Numbered from the stretch's first letter, positions 20,342 through 30,416 are shown. The stretch is 64,000 nucleotides of DNA from an uncultured Candidatus Saccharibacteria bacterium (GCA_964403155.1 CAYOEG010000001.1:21550-85549); one strand, 5' to 3'. The notes: a model not told the origin generated them from the sequence alone. Translations and numbers: made by a program.

Positions 20342-21040
20342 TTACTCCTCTCTATTCAATTGAATCTCAAAGATGTTGAACTTCTTTTCTGTTCTGAGAG
20401 AGCCATTGTTAAGTGTCGAACCTTTCTTGCTTTCTATATATTCTTTTATTATTTTCTTGAAATTAGATTTTTGTGTAGATTCATATGCAAAAGATATTGC
20501 CCCTGCGAAGAAATCTGCTAGTTGGATAAAAAGAAGCTCTTTTGAATCATATTCCTGCAAATGTTTTATTTCACTTTGAACATCATAATTCAAAATATTT
20601 GCCTTGAGAAAATGCGTCAATACCTGAGTTCTTTTCCTATCTTTTTTATTCCTTTTATCTAGAAAAATATAATACTTGTAAAACGGTTTCATAAAGAATC
20701 GAAGCATAAGATAGTAAAACTTATACATAGCAAGCTCTTGATCATTATCATGATATGTTGCAAGATCCATTTTCTCCTTATTAACAACTATTGCCCTAAA
20801 AGAGATATTCGTATTATCGAAAATATAATCTACAATTTCCTTATATAGGTTTTCATAACCAGATGAAATATTATGCCACTTCAACTCTGAATGAAAATCA
20901 TATTTTTGAAAAATAGTTTTTAGATTTTCCCGAATTTCTCCAGTAGCATTTCTATCCCAGGAAATAGCTCCCAGAACAAAATATTTTTTGTTTCTATTTT
21001 CTACGGAACTTTCATCACAATATATATTTATACTTTCCAT
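20342..21040 (-). CDS. DUF3800-like protein
   Basis: N-terminal IYCDES and C-terminal FIQLADFFAGAI match the DUF3800 signature termini (D-E-S .. Q-L-A-D). Confidence 0.55.
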   Translation of the reverse strand: MESINIYCDESSVENRNKKYFVLGAISWDRNATGEIRENLKTIFQKYDFHSELKWHNISSGYENLYKEIVDYIFDNTNISFRAIVVNKEKMDLATYHDNDQELAMYKFYYLMLRFFMKPFYKYYIFLDKRNKKDRKRTQVLTHFLKANILNYDVQSEIKHLQEYDSKELLFIQLADFFAGAISFAYESTQKSNFKKIIKEYIESKKGSTLNNGSLRTEKKFNIFEIQLNREE

Positions 21041-21151
21041 TCTTTATTATAACTCTTTGTATATGTATAACGATATACTTTGCCTGGGAGTTCATTTATA
21101 TTGACTTGTCGATCTCAACAACCCAATAATATCCTTGTGCAGATTACACTT

Positions 21152-21181
21152 TAACACCTTGTTGATGTCAACAAGGTGTTA
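21152..21181. promoter_or_regulatory. perfect 14-bp inverted repeat (TAACACCTTGTTGA tg TCAACAAGGTGTTA) in divergent intergenic region
   Basis: Seen directly. It lies in the 440-bp AT-rich gap between the divergent genes 20342-21040(-) and 21484-21957(+). Operator-like. Confidence 0.5.
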
Positions 21182-21483
21182 TTTGATTGATACAACGCCA
21201 AATTCTCAAACAAGCTGCCATCCAGAACCCCATAGTATTAACAATCCCTTGGATAATTGATATAATGTAAATATATAGCAATAAGCTATTGTTCTTTAAT
21301 AATACTGATAAATATCATACTAAGATTTATATATCTTTGATATTTATTCAGTTATACCAGCGATAAAGTAATGGATATTTACTTAGTACATTTAGTTAAT
21401 TATATATAGTTAATTGAATGTACTTAAGTAATACTATTTCATAAAAATTCATATATTATGTAAGTGGGAAAAGGAGACCCAAA

Positions 21484-21957
21484 ATGAATAAATCTCGTAA
21501 AGATGTTGCCATACTGATGAGTAGAATTCTTCAAGACAAGGCACATACAGAAATCAATATCACCGACAGCAACAATGTTATCTTTAGCTTCCCAACTGAA
21601 TCGGGAGATAAGGTAAAGAAATTAGGTCTAAGAGATCGAGATTTCACTCGATGTTTTATACTAAGAAAGCACCATGCAGACGATCTAATAACATTCAATC
21701 ATCCAATTCAATGTCTTGAAATCATGGCATCGTCCGGAGCTGGAATTCCACATAATTCCTATGTATATATAACAATGGGGGTACCCAATTTACCCAGAAA
21801 TCGCATAGGAATGGTTTTTGATCTATCTGAAGTAACACCAGAAGAGATGGGAAAAGCATTGCAATTTTGCAATATAATGATCGATCGATGTAAGTTTAAA
21901 AAGCATGTGAAGATGAAACCCAAAGAAAAAAGAATTGAAATGAATTTCTCAATTTAA
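21484..21957 (+). CDS. hypothetical protein
   Basis: 157-aa ORF with RBS AAAAGGAGA upstream. No recognisable family. Confidence 0.45.
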   Translation: MNKSRKDVAILMSRILQDKAHTEINITDSNNVIFSFPTESGDKVKKLGLRDRDFTRCFILRKHHADDLITFNHPIQCLEIMASSGAGIPHNSYVYITMGVPNLPRNRIGMVFDLSEVTPEEMGKALQFCNIMIDRCKFKKHVKMKPKEKRIEMNFSI

Positions 21958-22036
21958 ACATCAAAGAGATCTCCAGCCAAACCATATTCCATATATGGAC
22001 ATCAAAAAATACTTTATCGCTGGGAATCTCTCAAAA

Positions 22037-24574
22037 CTATCTTCCTAATATAACCTTTGCCTCTTCCTCCGAAACAACCTTCCTCGCTTCAGCAATATCC
22101 TCTGGTTTGACAGAAACACCATATATACCAGATTGTACACAATGTCTTAATAAAGGCTTACAATCCTCTACCACAGCTATAATCCTAGTATCCTGTCCCT
22201 TAGCAACATCCAAAACATTATCTACAACCCTAAATACACTATTCCTACTAAGATCATACTTAGCATCCTCATCAGTAACCTTAAACCCTTGCATCTGTTT
22301 AGTAATTCTAGGTATATTCAAAATCAAACCATCAACCTTAGTATTTAAAATATCATCAGCAAGAATAATCTCAGAAGGATTATCCAAAATAGCATAAATC
22401 TTGAAAGAAGAAGTCCTTCTCAAACCCTCAGAAGAAAGATATTTTTTAAACTCCTTCATCATATCCTCATTCATAGGAGAGTGGAGCGCAATGGAAACAT
22501 TTCTCTTTTTATGAATATTTCTTACTCTCTTAATTATCTTAATAACTCTTTGTAACAGTTCTGGATTATTAATGTAGTGTGTAGCACCATATATATCACC
22601 AGACAAAGTCTGATCCTCAAACTCTTTACCTCTAGTTAAACCTCTAAAGTCAGAGATAGGGGAGGAACCGATAGAAACAATAACCTCATCCCCCTGTGCT
22701 AATTCTACATATTTAACAATCTTTTCAGCAATCTTAGAACTAAAGTCTAAGAATTTTTTGTCCTCAACATATGCCAGTAGATGTCTGCCTTCTTTTACTA
22801 GCATCTCATCCAAATCAATATACACAATACCGTGCGCATTCCCAACGAAATCTACTAATTTAGAGCTATCTAGATTACCCATACTGAACACCTTTGTTGC
22901 AGAAGGAGGTAGGGTAGAGTCCCTTGGAACCTTCAATGAAGGAATCTCTTCAACGACCTCTTCCTCTTTTTCTTCTTTGATATTTAGAAGGTCAATACCC
23001 TCGCTATATGTATCAACCACAGGATTAACTTCAACCTTCTCTCCAGATTTATATATACTTCCCGTATTTCCATCAATAGTTACAACCTGACCTTCTTTTA
23101 ATAACTCAGATGCTTTGACAGCACCAACAATTGCTGGAATCTTTAATTCTCTACACAAGATCGCAGTATCACTTGTAATACCACCATAGTCCATAATCAC
23201 ACCACCACAAGAGATAATCATGGATTCCATCTCAGTAGAATATCTTCTAATCAAAAGAATATCTTCCTTAGAATATTTCTTACCATTAGGAGCATCAACT
23301 ATGGAAACCTTCCCTGTAACAACACCAAAGCTTGCACCAATACCACTAACAAGAAGCGCTTCCTTATCCATCTGGTTTGCAATCTTTACCTCTTCTTTCT
23401 TGTTCCTTGCAGCATTAATCAAATTGCCAAGTCTCTCCCCAATACTTGAGTTACTCTTCACAACCATCTTTTGCGCACTACTCATTGCCTGATTTGCAAG
23501 CATCTCTTGAGACTGATATTTATCTAAAAACACCATCACTAAATCTCTAAGAGTCTTCCTCACAGGTTCAAATTCAGAGACACTGACCTTGTAGGACATA
23601 CTCTCCGATATCAAAGGCTTGTTCTGTAAAACCCAAGCTCTTCCTCCAGAGATTACCCATTCAATATTTTGAGCACTTCTAGATTTATTCTCAATAATCA
23701 ACGCAATCTTTGATACCTCTTGAATATCCCTGTCACACAACTTCTGCCTGTGACTCCATCCTGAGGAGATTTTGATTTTTTCTTCATTCCCACGTTTACC
23801 ATGAGAAGCGTTCATAGTTCTTACCTTCATCCATTCCTGAGGTGCAATATGCTTTTCCAAGATACTAAGATCTCGTTTACTCAACAGGTATGAATCCGGG
23901 GTAACTTCTCCAGTAGATATAACATCTCCAAGACCGTATACAGCCTCTATGCCAAGCTTGGTCTCATCTTGAGTAATTGGATCTACCGTAAAAGCCACAC
24001 CAGATATCTCTGCCTGAACCATCTTCTGTACAACAACAGCCAACTTTACATCTGCAAGATCTATTTCCAACCTATTAGCATATGCAATAACATCATCCGT
24101 AAAGAGAGAACCATATACACGTTTAACTGCTTCTTGAAGATCTTCAAACTTCCTCACATTAAGTTCTGTGCTAAATATCCCACTAAAGGAGATATTGTCA
24201 CTTGCGGGAAATATTACCGAGGAACGCACAGACACCCATGCATCAGAGAAACCCGATAGGCGAGTATATGCACTCAGAATATCTTCTTGAATCTCTTTTG
24301 AGAATTCATGACCAAGGAATGCCTTAAGAATCTCGTCACCTTCTGGATTCCGACCTTTTTCAAGAAGCTTCTGTTTGTTAGAAGCTAACGCACTAAGACA
24401 AAAATCTGTATATACATTACCACCAATTACGAAGAATTCAGGGACAGGAACATCCATATCCTTGAGGTTGAAAAGACTAAGGCCCTTTCTTCCTACCTTG
24501 TTCTCATTCAAATCTTTTGCTGCGAAATCTTCAAAAAAGAAAATGTTGTTCTTCTTTGCTATTTGGTTATCCAT
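22037..24574 (-). CDS. PEP synthase / pyruvate phosphate dikinase-like protein with His->Asp substitution in the phosphohistidine motif
   Basis: N-terminal PPDK_N/ATP-grasp region (KVGRKGLSLFNLKDMDVPVPEFFVIG). The central PEP-utilisers motif GGITSDTAILCRELKIPAIVG has Asp where the phospho-His should be. The C-terminal ~300 aa is poorly conserved. Confidence 0.7.
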   Translation of the reverse strand: MDNQIAKKNNIFFFEDFAAKDLNENKVGRKGLSLFNLKDMDVPVPEFFVIGGNVYTDFCLSALASNKQKLLEKGRNPEGDEILKAFLGHEFSKEIQEDILSAYTRLSGFSDAWVSVRSSVIFPASDNISFSGIFSTELNVRKFEDLQEAVKRVYGSLFTDDVIAYANRLEIDLADVKLAVVVQKMVQAEISGVAFTVDPITQDETKLGIEAVYGLGDVISTGEVTPDSYLLSKRDLSILEKHIAPQEWMKVRTMNASHGKRGNEEKIKISSGWSHRQKLCDRDIQEVSKIALIIENKSRSAQNIEWVISGGRAWVLQNKPLISESMSYKVSVSEFEPVRKTLRDLVMVFLDKYQSQEMLANQAMSSAQKMVVKSNSSIGERLGNLINAARNKKEEVKIANQMDKEALLVSGIGASFGVVTGKVSIVDAPNGKKYSKEDILLIRRYSTEMESMIISCGGVIMDYGGITSDTAILCRELKIPAIVGAVKASELLKEGQVVTIDGNTGSIYKSGEKVEVNPVVDTYSEGIDLLNIKEEKEEEVVEEIPSLKVPRDSTLPPSATKVFSMGNLDSSKLVDFVGNAHGIVYIDLDEMLVKEGRHLLAYVEDKKFLDFSSKIAEKIVKYVELAQGDEVIVSIGSSPISDFRGLTRGKEFEDQTLSGDIYGATHYINNPELLQRVIKIIKRVRNIHKKRNVSIALHSPMNEDMMKEFKKYLSSEGLRRTSSFKIYAILDNPSEIILADDILNTKVDGLILNIPRITKQMQGFKVTDEDAKYDLSRNSVFRVVDNVLDVAKGQDTRIIAVVEDCKPLLRHCVQSGIYGVSVKPEDIAEARKVVSEEEAKVILGR

Positions 24575-24607
24575 TTTACTGGGCAGTTAAATAATAATGG
24601 GTATATA

Positions 24608-25786
24608 TTACACGATACCTTTAGCCTTCAATTTTTGCAAGTCAATGTAGAATTCATAGAAAATCTGGAGGATAACCATGAAGGGTACCGCTACCAATGC
24701 TCCAAATACACCAAACAATATCAAGAATACAAATACACCCAACATTATGACTACTGGCTTTAGACCAATAGCATTCCCCATGATCTTAGGGATTATGAAG
24801 TTATTCTCTATCTGTTGATATATGAGGAAGAGACCAGCGAAGATTGCTGCAGAGAGAGGATTAACTGTTGCAAGTATAACCAATGCTGCAATCACTAGTG
24901 CAATTGTAGCACCAATACTTGGTACTGCATCAAAGAGCCCAATCATAACCGCCAATGGCAATGCGAATGGGACTTTCAAGATGGTCAAGAGGATACCTGC
25001 AAAAGCACCCATAAGAAGACTGATAGTTGCCTGTCCTAAAAGCCATTTTCCAAGCTTTCTTTCAACATCCAACACTAGCTTCTTAACTCTTTCCCTTTTC
25101 TCATCAGAAGGTATCTGTATCAATCCAAAATCAAGAATGGAATCATGCTCCAAGACAAGATAGATAGACAAGATGAAGGAGGAGAGCAACAACCCCGTTG
25201 TACTGAATACACTACCCACAGCACTTGAAATATTTTTGAAGCTATCCCCAGTGGAGATACTCTGTAATCCATTTGAAACAAATTGTGTTATTGAATCAGC
25301 ATCTATCTTGACACTTCCAAAAGATATACCTTTAAAATTAGAAACCAAGTTCTCAATCCAAGTTGGGAATACCTTAACTAACTCTGATACCTGACCAACA
25401 AAAGGAACGAGGATTACAGAGACAACAGCAAGCATAATAACAGCTGCAATTAGGTAGGTGATCAAAACAGCCCACCCCTTAGAAATCTTTTTGGACATTA
25501 ACCACGTAACTACAGGTCTTGCGGCAGATGTAAAAACGAAGCCTAAGAACAAGAATAGTAATACACTTATCAGTTGGTTTCCAAAGAATATGACAGCTAA
25601 AATCAAAAGAATTAAAGTTATCAATTCCCAAGAGAATTGTATAACTATCGCCGGTTTTTTGGGTCCAGAGGTTTGATTATACTTAACCGCTTCCTTCAAA
25701 TCTTCGATTCTTTTCTTTTCAAGCTCTTCTATCTCAGAACTGGTGTCCTTAAAGGAAAATATTTTGCCCATATCTGTATTATTCAA
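24608..25786 (-). CDS. AI-2E family (UPF0118/PerM-like) membrane transporter
   Basis: Eight predicted TM segments and the characteristic LIYQQIENNFIIPKIMGNAIGLKP segment. Confidence 0.7.
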   Translation of the reverse strand: MNNTDMGKIFSFKDTSSEIEELEKKRIEDLKEAVKYNQTSGPKKPAIVIQFSWELITLILLILAVIFFGNQLISVLLFLFLGFVFTSAARPVVTWLMSKKISKGWAVLITYLIAAVIMLAVVSVILVPFVGQVSELVKVFPTWIENLVSNFKGISFGSVKIDADSITQFVSNGLQSISTGDSFKNISSAVGSVFSTTGLLLSSFILSIYLVLEHDSILDFGLIQIPSDEKRERVKKLVLDVERKLGKWLLGQATISLLMGAFAGILLTILKVPFALPLAVMIGLFDAVPSIGATIALVIAALVILATVNPLSAAIFAGLFLIYQQIENNFIIPKIMGNAIGLKPVVIMLGVFVFLILFGVFGALVAVPFMVILQIFYEFYIDLQKLKAKGIV

Positions 25787-25811
25787 TTTACTAGGTAGAT
25801 TATATCAATTT

Positions 25812-25840
25812 TAAACAAAAGAGGGGAGTATGTACTCCCC
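25812..25840 (-). terminator. intrinsic terminator after surface-protein gene
   Basis: GGGGAGT-atgt-ACTCCCC hairpin, with a T-rich run on the minus strand. Confidence 0.55.
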
Positions 25841-25861
25841 TCAAAAATACATAACGAAATT

Positions 25862-26791
25862 TTAGCTTCTCTTAGATTTTGCAAACATAACTATTGTAGA
25901 AGAAGCCGCTCCTAACATAGCCAAAATTCCAAATACAAATACTAATGTATTCCCAAAGAAGAAGTCTTTCATAATACCTTCTTCGCCTGCAGCAACTGGA
26001 AGAGACTCATCGTCTACCGCATCTCCATTAACATCACTATCCGGAGAATAGGTGACCTTAATTTTTCCTTCCAAATAGGTCTCATTTCCTGCAACATCCT
26101 TAATGAGTACATTAAAGATATTTGATCCTTCATCCAAAGCAATACTTACAATTTTGAAATTCCCCTCAGCATCACAAGTAGCACTGTAGTAATCTGTCCC
26201 TCGTTTTATGACTACCTGAGCATCTGGTTCTATCATACCTGTCACAGTAAATGTTTCAGTTCCAACCTCTGAGGAATATTTAATATCTTTCAATTCTGGT
26301 ACTGTTCTATCGATAGTTACACTCTCAGCAAGTGATGGAGAAGATATATATCGCTTCGGGAAACCTTTAATACCAGCAGCCGTTATCTCATACGATCCTT
26401 CAGTTGAGAGACTTATTGCTACCAAGAAATTACCATCCTCAGCTATTTTCGCTGTCTGAGATTTTTCTCCATTAACATAGACAATCACAGTATCATATCC
26501 TGAAGCATTACCTCCTATGGAAACGATCTCTTCTTTAGTTACAGAGGACACCTCTGCCATTGAAGGAGGAACTAACTTCTCATCAAGAGTAGGTGTTGAA
26601 TTATATTTAACAAATGAATAGATTCCAAACCCAACGAGTAAGATACCTAATACTATAAATATGGTTCCCACAACTTTTGAAACTCTTTCCGAATCCTTAG
26701 GATTCTTAATTTCTACTTTGGAGACCATCGATTCTTTTTTGTTAGAGATTTTTTTCTCTACTGGTGCAGTTTTAGATTTATTCTTTGCCAC
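25862..26791 (-). CDS. cell-surface protein with Ig-like domains and C-terminal sorting-signal-like tail (candidate sortase substrate)
   Basis: N-terminal TM or signal anchor and beta-rich repeats. The C-terminus is ..SLPVAAGEEG.., then the hydrophobic helix LVFVFGILAMLGAASSTIVMF, then KSKRS. Confidence 0.55.
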   Translation of the reverse strand: MAKNKSKTAPVEKKISNKKESMVSKVEIKNPKDSERVSKVVGTIFIVLGILLVGFGIYSFVKYNSTPTLDEKLVPPSMAEVSSVTKEEIVSIGGNASGYDTVIVYVNGEKSQTAKIAEDGNFLVAISLSTEGSYEITAAGIKGFPKRYISSPSLAESVTIDRTVPELKDIKYSSEVGTETFTVTGMIEPDAQVVIKRGTDYYSATCDAEGNFKIVSIALDEGSNIFNVLIKDVAGNETYLEGKIKVTYSPDSDVNGDAVDDESLPVAAGEEGIMKDFFFGNTLVFVFGILAMLGAASSTIVMFAKSKRS

Positions 26792-26851
26792 TCCAACCCT
26801 ATATAATAATTTATATATTCTTACATCCAGAATATTACAATTCTAAAATTA

Positions 26852-27577
26852 ATGCAACAGGAGGCAAAACCTTGTAAAATATATAATATGAAATTACAAA
26901 AAAGTCAGAAAATAATAATAACCGTCTTAATGATACTATTGCTACTCCTCCTCTCCGGTTTTTTGTTCCTTTTCCCTTCATATAACAAAATCTCAATGAC
27001 GTTAGGAGAGCTAGATGCATACAGAATATCAAAGAATATATATATGAAAGTTCTTGAAAAGATAGCTCCATCCATACAATCATTTGACTCAGAGGTCTTA
27101 GCTATGGAGTCAATAGAGAAATCCATAGGAGATGATTTCGTACTGGAGAAGAGATTTCTTGAAGAACAGAAAGCTTCACTCTCAATCGAAGCTACACGAA
27201 TTTCAGGCAATATATCAGAAGGAGTTACCTCTGAAGCTATGGAGAGAGGGTTTTGGCATTTCCCAACATCTAGTTTGCCAGGGAATAAAGGTAATGTTGT
27301 AATAATCGGGCACAGATTTAAATACATACCACCCGCCACCAATACTTTTTTCAATCTGGACAAGGTCAGCATTGGAGACCAAATAAAAATGAATGTGGGT
27401 GAAGAGACATATACATATGTAGTTACGGATATAAACATCGCAGAACCAAATGACATCTCCGTTATTCAGCAAACCGAAGATTACAGATTAACACTAATTA
27501 CATGCACTCCTCTTTGGACATCAAAAGAAAGGCTTGTGATAACGGCTAAACTAGACAAACTATACAAAAAAGTGTAG
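26852..27577 (+). CDS. sortase (transpeptidase) family protein
   Basis: N-terminal TM, active-site His (VVIIGHRF), the TLxTC motif (RLTLITCTP) and a downstream Arg. Confidence 0.8.
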   Translation: MQQEAKPCKIYNMKLQKSQKIIITVLMILLLLLLSGFLFLFPSYNKISMTLGELDAYRISKNIYMKVLEKIAPSIQSFDSEVLAMESIEKSIGDDFVLEKRFLEEQKASLSIEATRISGNISEGVTSEAMERGFWHFPTSSLPGNKGNVVIIGHRFKYIPPATNTFFNLDKVSIGDQIKMNVGEETYTYVVTDINIAEPNDISVIQQTEDYRLTLITCTPLWTSKERLVITAKLDKLYKKV

Positions 27578-27615
27578 ACTTTTCAAGCAAAATATTAATT
27601 TAAAAACATTTTTAA

Positions 27616-28656
27616 ATGAGCGAATTTTACCAGAGAAAAGATATCAGCAAAGATACAATAGAGTTTACAATAACCATACCTAAAGATAGTTTTGAGACTA
27701 GCTACAAAGCGATGATGAAAGACAAGGTTAAAAATGTTGATATAAAAGGATTCAGAAAAGGAAAAGTACCTACCAATTTAGTAGAACCACAGATAAATCA
27801 ATCTGTTAAATTAGAAACTTTAGAAAAAATTGCACCACTTTTCATTACCACCGCTATTCAGAAAGAGCAGTTAGATCCAATTGCACCTCCCGAGTACAAA
27901 GCGCTTCCTAAGCTAGAAGATGGTAAGGATGTTGAGTTAGTCATAACGATTACTGTAATGCCTGAGTTTAAATTGGCAAATCTTAAAAAGGTAAAGGTTG
28001 AGAAGGAAGAAGCAAAGATATCTAAAGAAGAGATAGAACAAGCTCTGGATGATATTAAGAAAAATTACAAGACAGATGAGAAAGAGATTAATGATGCATG
28101 GGCTGTAGAGGTTGCTAAGAAGATTCAGTTAAAAGATGTAAAGGATATTAAGGATTTGAGAAAACAGATAGAGAATGCAATGAAGGCTCAGAAAGAACAT
28201 ATGCTTTTGCATGAGAGGCAGGAGAGGGCATTGGATGAAGCTATTAAGCTTTGTAAGATAGAGGTCCCAGAACCAGCAATTAAATATGAAGCACGAGAGA
28301 GGGAAAGAACATTTAGATATGATATGCAGCAAAAAGGTGTCAATATTGAAGAATTCATCAAATCACAAAATCTAACCATCGAGAAGATGAGAGAACTTTG
28401 GGAGAGAGATGCAAACGAAGCTCTCCAGACAGATACTTTCTTGAGAATGTATATGAAGGAGAATAACATCACTATGACAGATGAGGAACTTAATACCAGA
28501 ATAGATGATTTGAAGAAGAACGCGCCTAAGGGTACAGATATGAGTGTGTATGATGATGAGAATTGGAGAGCATATGTCAGAAATGTTGATTTAAAGCAGA
28601 GAGCTTTTGAAGCATTCATAAAGGAAGTATTAGGAGAAGAGGTACACAAGGATTAA
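27616..28656 (+). CDS. tig: trigger factor (short form)
   Basis: Ribosome-binding signature GFRKGKVP in the N-domain. Position upstream of clpP. It is 346 aa and appears to lack a full PPIase domain. Confidence 0.7.
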   Translation: MSEFYQRKDISKDTIEFTITIPKDSFETSYKAMMKDKVKNVDIKGFRKGKVPTNLVEPQINQSVKLETLEKIAPLFITTAIQKEQLDPIAPPEYKALPKLEDGKDVELVITITVMPEFKLANLKKVKVEKEEAKISKEEIEQALDDIKKNYKTDEKEINDAWAVEVAKKIQLKDVKDIKDLRKQIENAMKAQKEHMLLHERQERALDEAIKLCKIEVPEPAIKYEARERERTFRYDMQQKGVNIEEFIKSQNLTIEKMRELWERDANEALQTDTFLRMYMKENNITMTDEELNTRIDDLKKNAPKGTDMSVYDDENWRAYVRNVDLKQRAFEAFIKEVLGEEVHKD

Positions 28657-28680
28657 TTAATTTAATCTTTTAAATATATT

Positions 28681-29262
28681 ATGTATTTAATACCTACAGT
28701 AGTAGAAAAGGATCGTGAAGGAGAAAGAGCATACGATATCTATTCGAGATTGCTCAAGGACAGGATTGTGTTTGTAACAGGAGAGATAGAGACAGAGATG
28801 GCTAATACTGTGGTAGCACAGCTTCTTTTTCTTGAGAAAGAGAATCCTGATGAAGATATTCAGATGTTCATAAATACTCCTGGTGGTGTTATTACTGCTG
28901 GCATGGCTATTTTAGATACTATGAATTACATCAAATGTGATATCTCAACAATTGCGGTAGGGATGGCTGCTTCTATGGGTAGTATCTTGCTAGCAAATGG
29001 TAAGAAGGGGAAGAGATATGCACTTCCTAATAGTAAGATCTTGATTCATCAGCCTATTGGTGGAGCAGAGGGACAGGCTAGTGATATTGCTATAGCGGCA
29101 GAGGAGATACTAAAAAATAGAAAGATGTTGTATGAGTTCCTATCTGAAAAAACGGGTAAGGATGTAAAAGATATTGAGAGAGATGCGGATAGAGATAAAT
29201 ACTTTACTGCTCAAGAAGCCAAGGATTATGGCTTAGTAGATAAAGTTATTAAGAAAAGATAG
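28681..29262 (+). CDS. clpP: ATP-dependent Clp protease proteolytic subunit
   Basis: [10 protein letters not shown], catalytic Ser context GMAASMGS, and His/Asp downstream. Confidence 0.9.
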   Translation: MYLIPTVVEKDREGERAYDIYSRLLKDRIVFVTGEIETEMANTVVAQLLFLEKENPDEDIQMFINTPGGVITAGMAILDTMNYIKCDISTIAVGMAASMGSILLANGKKGKRYALPNSKILIHQPIGGAEGQASDIAIAAEEILKNRKMLYEFLSEKTGKDVKDIERDADRDKYFTAQEAKDYGLVDKVIKKR

Positions 29263-29264
29263 AT

Positions 29265-29807
29265 ATGCCTACAATAACAACTGGAGATGAGCTTTATGAT
29301 CAAGCGAAACAATACTCCGTTAATTCGTTAATGGATAATCTCAATGTGTTATTCTCAAATCAAGCAGAAGATCCAAATTCAATTGTGAACGAAACTATAC
29401 TCGATGTAACACCAGATGAGGTAGATGCATATATCCGTCGAATGGTTAATGAACACGATCTCCCAATAGAATGCACAAGGCTTTCTTTTGAAGAAGTAAA
29501 AGATTCTGCGTTTTACCGTGTTCTATGTGATTATATACAAGTGTATGATGTATCTTTATTAAATAGTTCATATTTACATTTTTTAGAGAGTAGTGATTTT
29601 GCAGTTACAATAATATCCCTTGATCTTGCAGATGGCTCTACGAGATTAAGGATAGAACCACTCGAGATGTCTCCTGAATTTCTGAGAAGTGAATGGAGAA
29701 GAATATTAGAGAGAGAGAAAGAAAAAAAAGTTGCTAACCCACAAAGCATTCCTGGCATAATAAGTGGTGCAGAGCTTCTTCGTCGGCAAAGAAATACACA
29801 TACTTAA
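29265..29807 (+). CDS. hypothetical protein (inserted between clpP and its duplicated 3' end)
   Basis: 180-aa ORF with no recognisable motif. It is flanked by direct copies of the clpP 3' segment. Confidence 0.45.
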   Translation: MPTITTGDELYDQAKQYSVNSLMDNLNVLFSNQAEDPNSIVNETILDVTPDEVDAYIRRMVNEHDLPIECTRLSFEEVKDSAFYRVLCDYIQVYDVSLLNSSYLHFLESSDFAVTIISLDLADGSTRLRIEPLEMSPEFLRSEWRRILEREKEKKVANPQSIPGIISGAELLRRQRNTHT

Positions 29808-29814
29808 GAAGATA

Positions 29815-29921
29815 AATAAGGATGTAAAAGATATTGAGAGTGATTCTGATAGAGATAAATACTTTACAGCAGAGTAGGCAAAGTTGTATGGTTTAGTAGA
29901 TAAAATTATTAAAAAAGATAA
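29815..29921 (+). repeat. degenerate direct duplication (~85% identity) of the clpP 3' end (copy of 29155-29262), pseudogene remnant
   Basis: TAAGGATGTAAAAGATATTGAGAG..GATAGAGATAAATACTTTAC..GGTTTAGTAGATAAA..ATTATTAA aligns with the clpP end. The copy carries an in-frame TAG. Confidence 0.8.
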
Positions 29922-30358
29922 TGGATTTACAAGAAAACACAACAGAAGTAAGCCCTTTAGAACAAGTAGAAACAAACATAAAGGGTTTCATGAATGGTGA
30001 TACTAAACCATGTCTAAGTATAATAGAAGATACATCTGTAGAAGAGTTCTACGAAAAGCTGAAGACAGATCTTGCATCAGATGAATTCAAGGAATATAAA
30101 CCCAGTGTAGAATCCATACCTATTACGCCATGGCAATTTGAGAAACTACGAGGAGATATGCATATCGAAGGGATTGAGTACAAGGATGGGATAACCGCTC
30201 TTTTGATCAACACCACCAAGGCTATGATCGGAGTTGCAGCATTTGGCACAGGTAATAAGAGAATATCTCTCCTAATGGAGAGGTTGACGAGCCAAGGTAT
30301 AGAGGATTTCCGGAATTTGAAACCTACCTCTTATGAACACCAAGTAATTGGAAGCTAA
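29921..30358 (+). CDS. hypothetical protein
   Basis: 145-aa acidic ORF. Its start codon overlaps the end of the duplicated clpP fragment. Confidence 0.45.
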   Translation: MDLQENTTEVSPLEQVETNIKGFMNGDTKPCLSIIEDTSVEEFYEKLKTDLASDEFKEYKPSVESIPITPWQFEKLRGDMHIEGIEYKDGITALLINTTKAMIGVAAFGTGNKRISLLMERLTSQGIEDFRNLKPTSYEHQVIGS

Positions 30359-30416
30359 CCCAATTGATAATTATCTTGATACAAGATAGAATACATCTGC
30401 TATTTAATAGTAATAA

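Noticed and set aside
29815-29921. Second clpP-like fragment considered as a functional small ORF
   Set aside because: It contains an in-frame TAG and lacks a start. It is best read as a decayed duplicate of the clpP 3' end.
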